This document shows, one piece after another, positions 27,690-40,842 of a DNA stretch of 64,000 nt. The notes beneath the pieces are model-generated. The model saw only the letters and a list, made by a program, of their open reading frames with translations. It searched no databases and was not told the origin of the DNA. The position numbers and the translations under genes are program-made. Where the stretch lies: positions 12,152,001-12,216,000 of the forward strand of contig NC_043017.1 in the NCBI RefSeq assembly GCF_006345805.1, read 5' to 3'. Each line of letters starts with the position of its first letter. Position 1 is the stretch's first letter. The stretch comes from Octopus sinensis. Its lineage: Eukaryota.

Positions 27690-28019
27690 GTATATGTATG
27701 TATGTATATGTATGTATATATATGTATGTATGTATGTATGTATATATATGTATATATATATATATGTATGTATATATATATATGTATGTATATATGTATG
27801 TATGTATGTATGTATATATGTATGCATATATATGTATGTATGTATGTATGTATATATATATATGTGTATGTATGTATATATATATGTATGTATGTATGTA
27901 TATATGCATATATATGTATGTATGTATGTATGTATATATATATGTATGTATATATATATGTATGTAGTATGTATGTGATATGTATATATATTGTATGTAT
28001 GTATATATGTATGTATGTA

Positions 28020-28052
<33 letters not shown>

Positions 28053-28223
28053 ATATATATGTATGTATTAATATGATTTGATATATATATGTATGTAATA
28101 TATATGTATGTTATATAGATATGTATGTATGATATATGTATGTATGTGTATTATGTATGTATGTAATATATGTATGTATGTATGTATATGTATGTATGTA
28201 ATATGTATGTATGTATGTATATG

Positions 28224-28254
<31 letters not shown>

Positions 28255-28268
28255 ATAGTATGTATGTG
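26938..28268. repeat. (TA)/(TATG)n compound microsatellite
   Basis: Direct reading; a similar tract lies at 29505-29925. Confidence 0.95.
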
Positions 28269-29869
28269 TTGATGTTGATGTTTGTATTTGAACTTTATAA
28301 AGGATAAAAATAATTTGAAGGTTTACTTGATACTCATTTCTTTTATTTTTAATATTCTTTTTTAAAGTAGAGTACGTATTTAGTGTACTTTAACAAAGGT
28401 GGTCGTGATTTCAAAGTCTGAAAGTGAGCAAGCCAAAATTTCGAAGTCACAGTGAGTCTTTTGTTTGTGAAAGTTTATATATTTATATATAAACTTCTAA
28501 AACAAGGGTAAAAATTATTACCAGTGGCTAGCATGCGTAATAAAAGTCAGATGACAAATATTTTAAAATATAATAGTAATGTTTTTTCGTGGTTTTGGGC
28601 TTCGACTGCCATTTTTAGCATGTAAGAAAATCCACATGGTTTTCTCTCCGTCTGTGTTTCACACACACACACATATGTATATATAAGAGGGAGAGTTATA
28701 TAAAAAGAATGTTGCACAAATCTATAGATAGATATAGAGCTAGATAGATAGATATAGAGATAGATAGATAGATATAGAGACAGACAGATAGATAGAGATA
28801 GACAGATAGAGATAGACAGACAGAGAGACAGATAGATAGATAGATAGATAGAGAGACAGATAGGTAGATAGACAGACAGATAGATAGATATAGATAGACA
28901 GACAGATAGATAGATAGAGATAGACAGACAGAGAGACAGATAGATAGATAGATAGACGGATAGGTAGGTAGATGGATAGGTAAGTAGATAGATAGGTAGG
29001 TAGATGGATAGGTAGATAGATAGATATGGATATATATAAGCAAATAAACTAGTAAAATCTCTCCAAAAGATGAACCCAGTAGTTCTACCAGCGAGTAATG
29101 TTCATAGCCTCTTCAACATGGCTGTTCTGTTTGAAAAGGTTTACTGTGATTTTTTTAACCCCAAGAGGACATCTCTAGCTGGTTAATGATGCATAGCTCC
29201 ATCTGATATATTGCAAACAGGGGAATGAACCCCTACCAATTTCCAGTGATGGGATCAGCAGACCAGCTTAATTTTGGGCTATATCTGCCTCCCTTCAGTA
29301 CTGGATACCTCATTTGCTAGAAATGGCAGCAGCTTGCTTCTGCTGGTGATATATATATATATATATATTAATTCAAGTGACACACTCACTGATCTTGCAA
29401 CAAGCAAAAGAAGCTAGTTCTAAAATATGAGATGAATGCAGCGGCTGTACTAGCAAGTAATGATCATATGTGCATATGTGCATACTTACACTGGGCTCCC
29501 TACTCATATATATATGTATGTATGTATGTGTATGTATGTATGTGTATGTATGTGTATGTATGTGTGTATGTATGTATGTGTATGTATAAGTGTATGTATA
29601 TGTGTATATATGTATGTGTATGTATATGTGTATATATGTATGTTGGTGTATGTATATGTGTATATATGTATGTATATGCATGTATATGTATGTGTATATA
29701 TGTATGTATGTATGTGTATGTATATATGTATGTATGTGTATGTATATATGTATGTATGTGTATGTATATATGTATATATATGTATATATATGTATGTATA
29801 TGTATATATATGTATATATATGTATGTATATGTATATATATGTATATATATGTATGTATATATATATGT

Positions 29870-29924
<55 letters not shown>

Positions 29925-29992
29925 ACCTCGTGAGCACCGCCAGCAATTTTTTTTCCTCTGTCTTCCCTTCTCGGGATCTTTCCTTCTCCTTT

Positions 29993-30027
29993 GTTTCCGA
30001 CGAAGAGCTCCGCTCGAAACGTTAAAC
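29993..30027 (+). ncRNA. Minimal hammerhead ribozyme, CCGACGA core variant
   Basis: GTTT-CCGACGA-A-GAGC-tcc-GCTC-GAAA-CG-TT-AAAC; flanks homologous to the 38480-38615 copy. Confidence 0.6.
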
Positions 30028-30120
30028 CCTCCTTCTTTCCTGAGCGTCCAATAATACTTTATTTGTTCCACGTCCTCGCGTTGCTGTGTTTTTTTGTGTT
30101 TTCTTGTTTGGATTAACTAT

Positions 30121-30152
<32 letters not shown>

Positions 30153-30208
30153 GTATATATATATGTATACATATATATGTGTGTGTGTATATATATATGT
30201 ATATATAT

Positions 30209-30438
30209 GTTCGTCCTTCGGGTTCGAAGATGACCATTGATATCATCTGGTGGAATTGCTGCTATGAGACCAGAGGTGGCTGGTGAGGCCAATCCGGGCA
30301 AGGAAGCCCCTCCCACAGGTGGGGCAGAAGTGGGTAGGGGCTGTGCTATTGGTGCAGGTGGCTCTGGCTTTCCGCATCTGGCATTTCTGTTCTGCTGACT
30401 GAATCCGTCTCTCCTCGGCTGTCTTTGCTCCTGTGGTG

Positions 30439-30440
<2 letters not shown>
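30209..30440 (-). mobile_element. RTE LINE 3' end with C-terminal C2H2 motif
   Basis: Minus strand reads HFCPTCGRGFLARIGLTSHLWSH, followed by an RTE-type 3' end TGGTCATCTTCGAACCCGAAGGACGAAC. Confidence 0.75.
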
Positions 30441-30479
<39 letters not shown>

Positions 30480-31417
30480 TCATCATCATCATCATTAATG
30501 TCCGCTTTCCATGCTGGCATGGGTTGGACGGTTTGACTGAGGGCTGGTGAGCCAGAAGGCTGCACCAGTCTCCAATCTGATCTCTCCTTACACAGCTCAA
30601 CTGAACCTTTTACTCATTCGTGTTCTTCACATCATTCCTAAAACCTTAATTATGTTTGATCTGGAACCTACATTTGATCGTGAAATTGCATGCCGGTGTG
30701 CAAGGGTGTATAATTTCATGTATAGGCGTAGGAGTGGCTGTGTGGTAAGTAGCTTGCTTACCTTACTACAGGAGAATTCTTGCTACTTGGAAGTCATGTC
30801 TTTCGATGTGAAATGGTGAACGTTTGAAGCTTGACTACAGATAGGCGTTTGTTTTATTTCGGGGGATTAGTGGAGTTTTGTTACTCTTTTTACTCTTTAC
30901 TCTTTTACTTGTTTCAGTCATTTGACTGCAGCCATGCTGGAGCACCGCCTTTAGTCGAGCAAATCGACCCCGGGACTTATTCTTTGTAAGCCCAGTACTT
31001 ATTCTATCGGTCTCTTTTGCCGAACCGCTAAGTGACAGGGATGTAAACACACCAGCATCGGTTGTCAAGCAATGCTAGAGGGGCAAACACAGACACACAA
31101 ACATATACATACACATACATACATATATATACATATATACGACAGGCTTCTTTCAGTTTCCGTCTACCAAATCCACTCATAAGGCTTTGGTCGGCCCGAG
31201 GCTATAGTAGAAGGACTTACCCAAGATGCCACGCAGTGGGACTGAACCCAGAACCATGTGGTTGGTAGGCAAGCTACTTACCACACAGCCACTCCGTGCA
31301 ACAGTCTCCACCCTGCTCCAGACATTTGCCTGCCTGTGATCATGTGAAAAGACTCACTTTGCAGTGAGAATTGTGTTTTTGAGGAGGCGTATCCCCTCCT
31401 CAAAAATTTTTTTGTTT

Positions 31418-31610
31418 GTGAAAATTGTGTTTGTGTGAATGGTCAGTGGCAAGAGAGGAAGAGGCCGACCAAGAACCCGCTGGCTTGACACCATCAAGGG
31501 GGATACCGGAATGGACATAACCAATCTGAAAGAAGCGGCCCAGGATAGAACTGATCCAACGAGTGACCGAGAGTCGACTTCAACTGAGCGGATAGATTGA
31601 TAGATAGACT
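31418..31610 (+). mobile_element. RTE/BovB-like LINE 3' end
   Basis: MVSGKRGRGRPRTRWLDTIKGDTGMDITNLKEAAQDR followed by GAGAGTCGACTTCAACTGAGCG and a (GATA)-type tail. Confidence 0.8.
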
Positions 31611-31877
31611 GTGTTCGTGCCCTGGAAGTTCCATTGGATTTACCACAGGCAAGGAGTACGAGGACACCAAGAATTAATTTTTGTGCTGCCACTGGAGTAC
31701 CTGTATTCGTGTGGATTACCGGAGTAGCGGAATTGTGTTGCCGTGAATTGAACTGTCTTCCTTTGTTCTTTTTCTCTGCTCTGTCTTTCTGTTCTTTTTT
31801 GTGTTTTTTTCTTTAACTTTTATTTGAAATATTTGAACTTTCTGTTGAACTCTTTTTCTTTCTTTGTTTTTGCAATC

Positions 31878-32603
31878 ATGGCAACAAGGAAAAACACTGT
31901 GCTGGAGTGGGAAATTTTACCCCCTAAGCAGTGGATAAAGGACCGTAATGAGAGAATGGTGGTGTTGAGAACATATTCCATGTCCCTCGATACCATCGCT
32001 GTGTTCCCTCAAGTAGAAATAGAAAAAGAGTTGGCAGAATACCTGCCAACTATCAAGTTTATTGCAAGGGGTGTCAAATTTGCAACAGTGTGGTTGCTAT
32101 TTGACACCCCTAAGGAGGCTAGCATCTTCACTAGCCAGTCCCTGGAAGGGGAAAAAATTTTGCTTCTCCCCACATATCGTGGGAGGGTATTGACGAGAGC
32201 CTGGGTGAGTGGGCTGCCACCCGGAATAGAGCCTGAGTGGATAGAGGACACTATCCACTGGGGTCTGGCTGGCAGTGGAGCCAGGCTCTTGAATGTTAAA
32301 ATGCTTCCTGTGGCTGATTGGGTGGGGTCGAAAGCAATTTTGATCCTATGGACCCAATCAACCAAAGATCTGGTTTTTCCAGATTTTCTAAAGATGGCTG
32401 GTTCTAGGTATCCGGTGATTCTTGAGGGACGCCCCCACAAGTGTCACCTGTGCCTGGAATCGGGCCACATAAAGAAGAACTGCCCCAAGAGCCAAGCAAG
32501 GGCACTGGAGCAGTTAATAGAGAAGGATGTTTTTCCTCCAACGGAGCCTCCTGATTACGTAACGGAGGGAGAGGTAGAAAAAGTTGAGGAGGTTACCTCC
32601 TAA
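31878..32603 (+). mobile_element. L1/Tx1-type ORF1 (Gag-like) with CCHC zinc knuckle; degenerate continuation to about 33070; no ORF2
   Basis: ATG at 31878 (MATRKNT...); CHLCLESGHIKKNC = CX2CX4HX4C; acidic/basic low-complexity C-terminal part broken by stop or frameshifts. Confidence 0.75.
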
Positions 32604-34304
32604 AACAAAAGGGAAAAAAGAAAGAAGGTGTGCAACAATGGTTGCCCACCAATGGATCCTGCGGTGGTGGGAGAGAAGGAGGGACTTCTGAACATGATGG
32701 TGGAACTCCACCCTCTCGTTGTAAACAAAAAGAAAGAAGAAAAACAGGGCATCGCCAGCGGTTGCTGGTGCACCGGCGACATGTTCCAAAACCCCTTCAG
32801 TGGAACGTGAGCCACCGGAGGTGGGGAAGAAGAAGGCCCCTCCCAGTGGAAATGTTGAAGAACATGTGATCTTCTATCTTAGGGGAGGGACTATAGAGAA
32901 TTATATAGAAAGTTCCTTTAATAGTCGGGACCTGATAGACTCGACTTGTATTCCAGAGTGGCCTCTGCAGGTAGCTGCTTGGGTACTGGAAGAAAGGAAC
33001 CTCTATCACATAATGGACTCCTTCTCAAAGGAAGAGTACAGATCTTGTGTAAAGGCCCCCAAGGCAAAAAAAAAGAGACCGATAAAATAAGTACTAGGCT
33101 TACAAAGAATAAGTCCTGGGGTCGATTTGATCGACTAAAGGCGGTGCTCCAGCATGGCCACAGTCACATGACTGAAACGAGTAAAAGAGAGAGAGTAAAA
33201 GTTAAAAGCAGTAAAAAAAAAAAATACTTTCCTCATTATCCGTAAATCCAAATATATAAATGCAGTTATGTAACGCATATCATAATTGCTTGTATGTTAA
33301 ATGTTATATTTAAATGTTAAATGCAAACAAACGTAGGGACAAGAATTAACACAGAGGTTTTTTTCTGATTGCTTTTAGCAATGTACTTGTGCAAGCACAT
33401 CTGTGTGGTTAAGCTGGCTTCCTTACTATGTGGTCTTGAGTTCAATCTTGCTGTGTGGTACGTTGGGCAAGTGTCACTCTTACTGCAGCTCCAGGCCAAC
33501 TTTTGGTTTTTTAAAAAGTCTGTTACTTGTTCTATTGGGCCTGTTTTTCTGAACTGCTACGTAATGAGGATGTAAGCAAACCAACATAGGTTGTCAAGCA
33601 ATGGCGAGGGTCAAATACAAAAACACACACACATACATACACATGGCATAATCATCATTTAACGTCCATTGTCTCTGCTGGCATGGGTTCGCTGGTTTGA
33701 CCAGGTATGGTAAGTTGAGGGGCTGCACCAGCCTCCAGTCTGATGTGGCATGCTTTCTACAGCTTTCTACAGCCTTGTGAATGGATTCGGTAGATGGAAA
33801 CTATGTGTATATGTATGAATGAAGGTGTGTGGCTTAGTGGTTAGGGTGTCCGGCTTACAATTGCAAGTTCATGAGTTCAATTCCTGGCGACATATTGTGT
33901 CCTTGAGCAAGACATTTTCTCATGTTGCTCCAGTCCACTCAGCTGGCAAAAATGTGTAGTAACTGTATTTCCAAGGGCCAGCCTTGTTACACTCTGTCAT
34001 GCTGAATCTCCCTGAGAACTGTGTTAAGGATGCATTTGTCTGTGGAGTGCTCAGCCACATACCCGTTCATTTCATGAGCAGGCTGTTCTGTTGATCAGAT
34101 CGACTGGAACCATCATTGTCATCACTGACAGAGTGCCAGTATGTGTGTGTGTATATATCACTGTGATCACCGTGACCAACCAGGCTATCAGATGTTGCTA
34201 CACACTGCGTGGCATCTTGGGCAAGTGTCTTCTGCTTTGGCCTCTGGCCGACCAAAGCCTCGTGAGTGGATTTGGTAGACGGAAACTGAAAGAAGCCTGT
34301 CGTA

Positions 34305-34357
<53 letters not shown>

Positions 34358-34958
34358 CTGTGTTTGTCCTCCTGGTGTGTTTACGTCCACGTCACTTAGC
34401 AGTTCGGCAACAAAGACCGATAGAATAAGTACTGGGCTTACAAAGAATAAGTCCCGGGGTCGATTTGCTCGACTAAAGGCGGTGCTCCAGCATGGCCACA
34501 GTCAAATGACTGAAACAAGTAAAAGAGAGTATAGTTACATAATAATAATAATAATAAATTATATTCAACTGATTGTGTCACAGGAAAAAACTTTTATTTC
34601 ACATGACACACCCAAAATGTATAGAAACATTTATAGGTGGATGTCTATAGTGTAATTAATTAAGCCATGACCTTTAAGAACCCCATGTGCAGCGGTGGTA
34701 GGGTACACGTGTACTTACATAATTCTTGCTTGTATGTAACATATTTACCTATATTCTCTTTACTCTTTTACTTGTTTCAGTCATTTGACTGTGGCCATGC
34801 TGGAGCACCACCTTTAATCGAGCAACTCGACCCCGGAACTTATTCTTTTGTAAGCTCAGTACTTATTCTATCGGTCTTTTTTGCCGAACTGCTAAGTAAC
34901 GGGACATAAACACACCAGCATCGGTTGTCAAGCAATGCTAGGGGGACAAACACACACA

Positions 34959-35006
<48 letters not shown>

Positions 35007-35957
35007 TACAATGGGCTTCTTTCAGTTTCCGTCTACCAAATCCACTCACAAGGCTTTGGTCGGCCCGAGGCTATAGTAGAAGACACTTGCCCAAGGTGCT
35101 ATGCAGTGGGACTGAACCCTGAACCATGTGGTTGGTAAGCAAGCTACTTACCACACAGCAACTCTGCGCCTATTATGTAATCATCTTTATATGTATGTAT
35201 TTGTGTATATATATGTATACATTATCTGTGTTTGTATCTATATACATATGCACAGGAGTGGCTGTGTAGTAAGTAGCTTGCTTACCAACCACATGATTCC
35301 GGGTGTCTTCTACTTTAGCCTCGGGTCGACCAAAGCCTTGTGAGTGGATTTGGTAGACGGAAACTGAAAGAAGCCTGTCGTATATATGTATATGTGTTTG
35401 TCTATGTTTGTTCCCCCAACATCGCTTGACAACCGATGCTGGTGTGTTTACGTCACCGTAACTGAGCAGTTCGGCATAAGAAACCGATAGAATAAGTACT
35501 AGGCTTACAAAGAATTAGTCCTGGGGTCGATGTGCTTGACTAAAGGCAGTGGGAAGCTGCTGACCTCCCCTGATCGAAGGTTATAATGGATACAGATTTG
35601 TATGTCACATAGCTAGCTAGAGGTGATGGCCTTTTGGAGCTAATCAACGGCAGCATTCGTCCTATTTTCCTGGACTGTCATTTTAACTTGGTGATAACTA
35701 TTAATATATATATTATATATATAAGAAATATTGAATTTCTAAATCTCTCGTAGAGACATGTACGGTGGTGGGGGCAATAGAATGGTTGTATACTGTCAAT
35801 CTAACAAGAACGTGACACCCCTTCGTATATGTATATAAGGACACAGGGAAAAATGTGTCAAAGCCATCAGGAGGCGTTCGATGCTTCCTAGGGCTATACA
35901 GCGGTGGTGTACCCCCTACTGTCACGTTCTTGTTAGATTGACAGTATACAACCATTC

Positions 35958-35992
<35 letters not shown>

Positions 35993-36093
35993 ATTTCACA
36001 ATTGAGGGCAAATTAATTAATTATTAATCAATTTCACCAAGTGTTCGTATGCAAAGGGACCATTCAAGGCGAATTCAAATTATTACATTATAT

Positions 36094-36375
36094 AAAAGGG
36101 CTTAGTAAAATAAATTACTTTGCCGCATACTGAACTCATTAGAAATAGCAGCTAAAAAACTTTTTTAAAGCTATTTCTAATACTTAAAGAAAATCTCTCT
36201 CATATATAGTGTTTGCTTAATTCAACTCACAAACTTTTGTGAGTTGAATTAAGCAAACACTATATATGAGAGAGATTTTCTTTAAGTATTAGAAATAGCT
36301 TTAAAAAAGTTTTTTAGCTGCTATTTCTAATGAGTTCAGTATGCGGCAAAGTAATTTATTTTACTAAGCCCTTTT
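36094..36375. repeat. Perfect 140-bp-arm palindrome with 2-nt loop
   Basis: 36094-36233 is the reverse complement of 36236-36375. Confidence 0.9.
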
Positions 36376-36419
<44 letters not shown>

Positions 36420-36901
36420 AGCGTGTCTTTGTTTGACCCCCCCCCCTATCACCGCTTAATAATTTGATAACCCTTCAAGGTATTTATGTCCCTGTAACTT
36501 AGCAGTTTGGTAAAAGAGACAGGTAGAACAAGTAACTAGGCTTAAAAAATAAGTCTTGGAGTTGATTGCTTAACTTCAAGGCAATGCTGCAGCATGGCCG
36601 CAGTTGGGTGTCTGAATCAAGTAAAAGAATAAAAGAATATATATATATATATATATATATTTCTTTACTACCCACAAGGGGCTAAACACAGAGGGGACAA
36701 ACAAGGACGGGCAAACGGATTAAGTCGATTCCATCGACCCCAGTGCGTAACTGGTACTTAATTTATCGACCCCCAAAAGGATGAAAGGCAAAGTCGACCT
36801 CGGCGGAATTTGAACTCGGAACGTAAAGACAGACGAAATACGGCTACGCACTTCGCCCGGCGTGCTAATGTTTCTGCCAACTCGCCGCCTTTATATATAT
36901 A

Positions 36902-37269
36902 CTAGCAGTATCACCCGGCGTTGCTCGGGTTTGTAAGGGAAATAACTATAAAGCATTTTTAGAGAGTTATAGCCAAAAAATAGCAAAAAAATGGAAAAAA
37001 ATTATGGTAAATTTTTTTGAGTTAAAAAGGTCGAGTTGCGCCCCCTAGACAGTCTGTGGTTTGTGTTTCTGATTCTCGACCCCATGTCGAATTTATCGAT
37101 TTTTTTCAGAACTGGGCGAACTTTTCAAAATTTTCGCTGCGTTAGTTTTGAATTATGACATTGGGCTATGTGTGTATCAAGTTTCATCAGAATCGGTTGA
37201 AAGCCGTGGTCAGGGTGAGGGTACAACCTAACAGACACACAGACAAACTGCCGTTTATATAGAGAGAGA
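36902..37269 (-). mobile_element. Non-autonomous Helitron
   Basis: Minus strand starts 5'-TC, carries (GTCT)-type repeats near the 5' end, has subterminal hairpin CCCGAGCAACGCCGGG and a 3' CTAG; inserted between A and T with no TSD. Confidence 0.7.
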
Positions 37270-38550
37270 TATATATTCACACACATACATACATGTTTGT
37301 GTGAATGTATCTGTATATGTTTGTTTATCTACTTACATGTGTTGTACATATGTATCTATACAAAATATGGGCGTCTAAGATTAACAATAAATTGTAAGAG
37401 TTTCCTTTTATTTCCTGCATACCACCAGCAATGAAGATCTCTCCCATTCTCATGGTACCGCATTTCATAGTTGCCCAACGACAGTGTTCTCTCAAAGGTT
37501 GATGGACAGGTTTAAAAATAGATGGTAATTCATGCACAGAAAAATAACTAGTTTCATTTAGGATATTTAATAAAACAAGTTTTAAATAAAATATGCTGCT
37601 GGAAACATGCTTATGGTTGTGTGATGTACTAGGCTTACAAAGAATAAGCGTGAAAGCGTGGCTTAGTGGTTAGGGCATTCGGCTCATGATCGTAAGGTTC
37701 CGGATTCAGTCCCACTGCGTGGCATCATGAGTTTGATTCCCGGCGACGCGTTGTGTCCTTGAGCAAGACACTTTATTTCACGTTGCTCCAGTCCACTCAG
37801 CTGGCAAAAATGAGTTGTACTTGTATTTCAAAGGGTCAGCCTTGTCACTCTCTGTGTCACGCTGATTATCCCAGAGAACTACGTTAAAGGTACACGTGTC
37901 TGTGGAATGCTCAGCCATTTGCACGTTAATTTCACGAGCAAGCTGTTCCGTTGATCGTATCAGCTGGGACCCTCGTCGTCGTAACCGGCGGAGTCTTTTA
38001 AGTCTTTTTAACAAAGAATAAGCCCTGGGGGGTTGATTTGCTCGATTAAAGGTGGTGCTCCAGCATGGCTGCAGTCAAATGTCTGAAACAAATAAAGAAT
38101 TTCTTTTTCTGTTGCTAATGTATGTTTCTTTAACAAGTTTACTGGCTAATTGCGACACCAGTGCCTGTTGTGGCTTTTGATCTATTGGCAAAAAAAAATG
38201 ACCACCCCCAAATATATATATTCCTTTTTTTTTTTTTTACTTGTTTCAGTCACATGACTGCACACCCATACTGGAGCACCGCTTGCAGGGTTTTAGTCGA
38301 ACAGATTGATCCTTGGGCTTATTTTTCATAGCCTAGTCCTTATTCTATTGATCTCTTTTATCAAACCACTAAGATACAGGGATGTAAACACACCAACACC
38401 AGTTGTCAAGCAGGGGGTGGGGTGGGGGCAAACACAGACACAGACACACACACACAGATATAGATACATACATACATACGTGACCGCGTGTGTACCGTTG
38501 GTGATTTTCTTTCCTCTGTCTTCCCTTCTCTGGATATTTCCTTTTCCTAT

Positions 38551-38585
38551 GTTTCTGACGAAGAGCTCCGCTCGAAACGTAAAAC
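38551..38585 (+). ncRNA. Minimal Penelope-type type I hammerhead ribozyme
   Basis: GTTT-CTGACGA-A-GAGC-tcc-GCTC-GAAA-CG-TA-AAAC: intact core, 4-bp stems I and II, palindromic ACGT stem III. Confidence 0.75.
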
Positions 38586-39299
38586 CCTCCTTCTTCCCTT
38601 CCTTCCTGAGCGTCCTAGTGAGTAACTAGTACTTAATTTATCGACCCCGAAAGGATGAAAGGCAAAGTCGACCTCGGCGGAATTTGAACTCAGAACATAA
38701 TGGTAGACGAAATACCACCAAGCATTTCGCGCGGCATGCTAACGTTTCTGCCAGCTCGCCCAGAAACTTCTTACCACACAACTGTACCTGTCCACTTTTC
38801 TATGCTAGCAGAGTTCAGACAGATTTCCTATGGCTGGATGCCCTTCTTGTTACCAGCCCTTATCTATTATCAAGCAAGTTAATATTCCCCCATGGCCAGG
38901 TATCTTTTCATAGAAAATCGGAAAGAAATAAAACTGTGTAACAGTGACACCTGTTTACAACTATCTCATGATGGCAAAACATGGACACACACAACAAGTT
39001 TTTTTCAGCCTCCACCTGCCAAATGTACTCACAAGGATACAGTCTACCTAGGGCTATAGTAGAAGATACTTGCCCAATGTGTCACACAGTAAATTGAACC
39101 TGAGACCATGTGGTTAGGAAGCATAGTTCTTTATAGTGTATGTGTGTGTGTTATGCTGGAATAGGTTAGATGGTTTGACTGGAGCTAGTAAGCTGGAGAA
39201 CTGCACCAGGTCCAGTTTGTTTTGGCTTGGTCTTTATGACTCGATGCCCTTCCTAACACCAACCATTCTATAGACTGTGCTGAGTGCTTTTTTGCAAAG

Positions 39300-39720
39300 C
39301 ACTGGCATGTGTGCCTTTTTTATGTGTCACTAGCACAGGTGCCTCCTTATGTGTCACTGGCATGGATGCCTTCTTTATGTGTCACTGGCACAGGTGCCTC
39401 TTTATGTGTCACCAACACAGGTGCTTCTTTTATGTCACCAACACAGGTGCCTTTTTTATGTGTCACCAACACAGGTGCCTTTCTATGTGTCTTTGCACAT
39501 GTCACTGGCACAGGTGCCTCTTTATGTGTCACCAACACAGGTGCCTCCTTTATGTCACCAACACAGGTGCCTCCTTTATGTCAATAACACAGGTGCCTTT
39601 CTATGTGTCTTTGCACACGTCACTGGCACAGGTGCCTCTTTACGTGTCACTGGCATAAGTGCCTTTGCACATCTCACCAGCACCTGTGCTTTTTACATGT
39701 CACTAGCACTGGCCACAACC
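39300..39720. repeat. ~24-bp minisatellite derived from the RTE-tail element
   Basis: Repeated TGTCAC(CAA/TGG)CACAGGTGCCTCTTTATG following an RTE-tail remnant. Confidence 0.8.
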
Positions 39721-39759
39721 ATGATTTTACTTTGCTTGAAGTATCTTCCCTTCTGAAGC

Positions 39760-40020
39760 ACAGAAGTCTTGGTCACATGTCATTGCCTTTGTAAAACTCA
39801 ACAACCAAAAATCATATTTTACCACCTTGTACACACATTTCTGGGTCTATCTCTTCCACAGGTCCTCTCCACAGATTGGCACTTCTTTACACAGCTGTCC
39901 TCATCCATACACATCACATGACCATACCAGCACAGTCTTCTCTCTTGCACACTACATCTGATGCCCAGTTTTTCTCTTAAGACACACTGCACACCGACAT
40001 TGCACATCCAGCAGAGCGTG
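39760..40020 (-). mobile_element. RTE-type LINE ORF C-terminal fragment
   Basis: LREKLGIRCSVQERRLCWYGHVMCMDEDSCVKKC...GRDRPR. Confidence 0.75.
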
Positions 40021-40842
40021 CTAGCTTCATATCATCATCACCATCGTTCAACATCCATTTTCCATGCTGACATGGGTTGGACAGTTTGACTGGGGTCAGG
40101 GAAGCCAGAAGACTGCACCAGGCTCCAGTCTGATCTGGCAGTGTTTCTACAGCTGGATGCCCTTCCTAACGCCAACCACTCCGAGAGTGTAGTGGGTGCT
40201 TTTTACATGCCACCGGCACAGGGGCTAGAGGAGGTTGGCAACAACCACAATCAGTTGGTGCTTTAGTTTGATATGAGAAACAGTAGGTCTAAAGCTAGAA
40301 GTTGAACCCTGCATCTATCACTAGGCAATCAAACCCCTGTACCTCTCCTTTGCTAGGCAACACAGATATAAATTAGTATAGATTACAATGCACTATGCTT
40401 TTATGCTTGTAATTTCGTATCAAGAAAGGTATTTTAAGTACCCTCTCTGCTACTTAACTGCACTACATATTTATCTGTATGTGTGTCTGTATTCATACAT
40501 GCATAAATAATTAAATAAATAAATAAATAAATCATTAGATAATTAACTATGTTTATATTACAGATCATTTATCAGTTATGAAGCACTATCAGCAAGATAG
40601 GTTATATCTACAAATGTCATATGTCCACTTGTTATTTAATCATAGGTCACTCCTGATAGGGTAGACCTCTGATCAAAGGCATTTCATCTTTTGCCTAACA
40701 ACGGTGCACATTATGTAGTAAGCAGGGTTCTTTCTTTTTTCTTTTAGTACTGGTCTCAGTATTGTCAATTAAACCCCACCTCATCTTGAAATTGTACATA
40801 AAGGAGAACCAGTTATTCTCATCATTATTAAAAACAAATAAT

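Noticed and set aside
26982-30071. Long ORFs rich in Y/I/M/C/V/H (also 15723-16301)
   Set aside because: Translations of (TA)/(TATG)/(GATA) microsatellites.
37380-37540. Possible pogo/Tigger DDE fragment on the minus strand
   Set aside because: Resemblance too weak to support without an HMM search.
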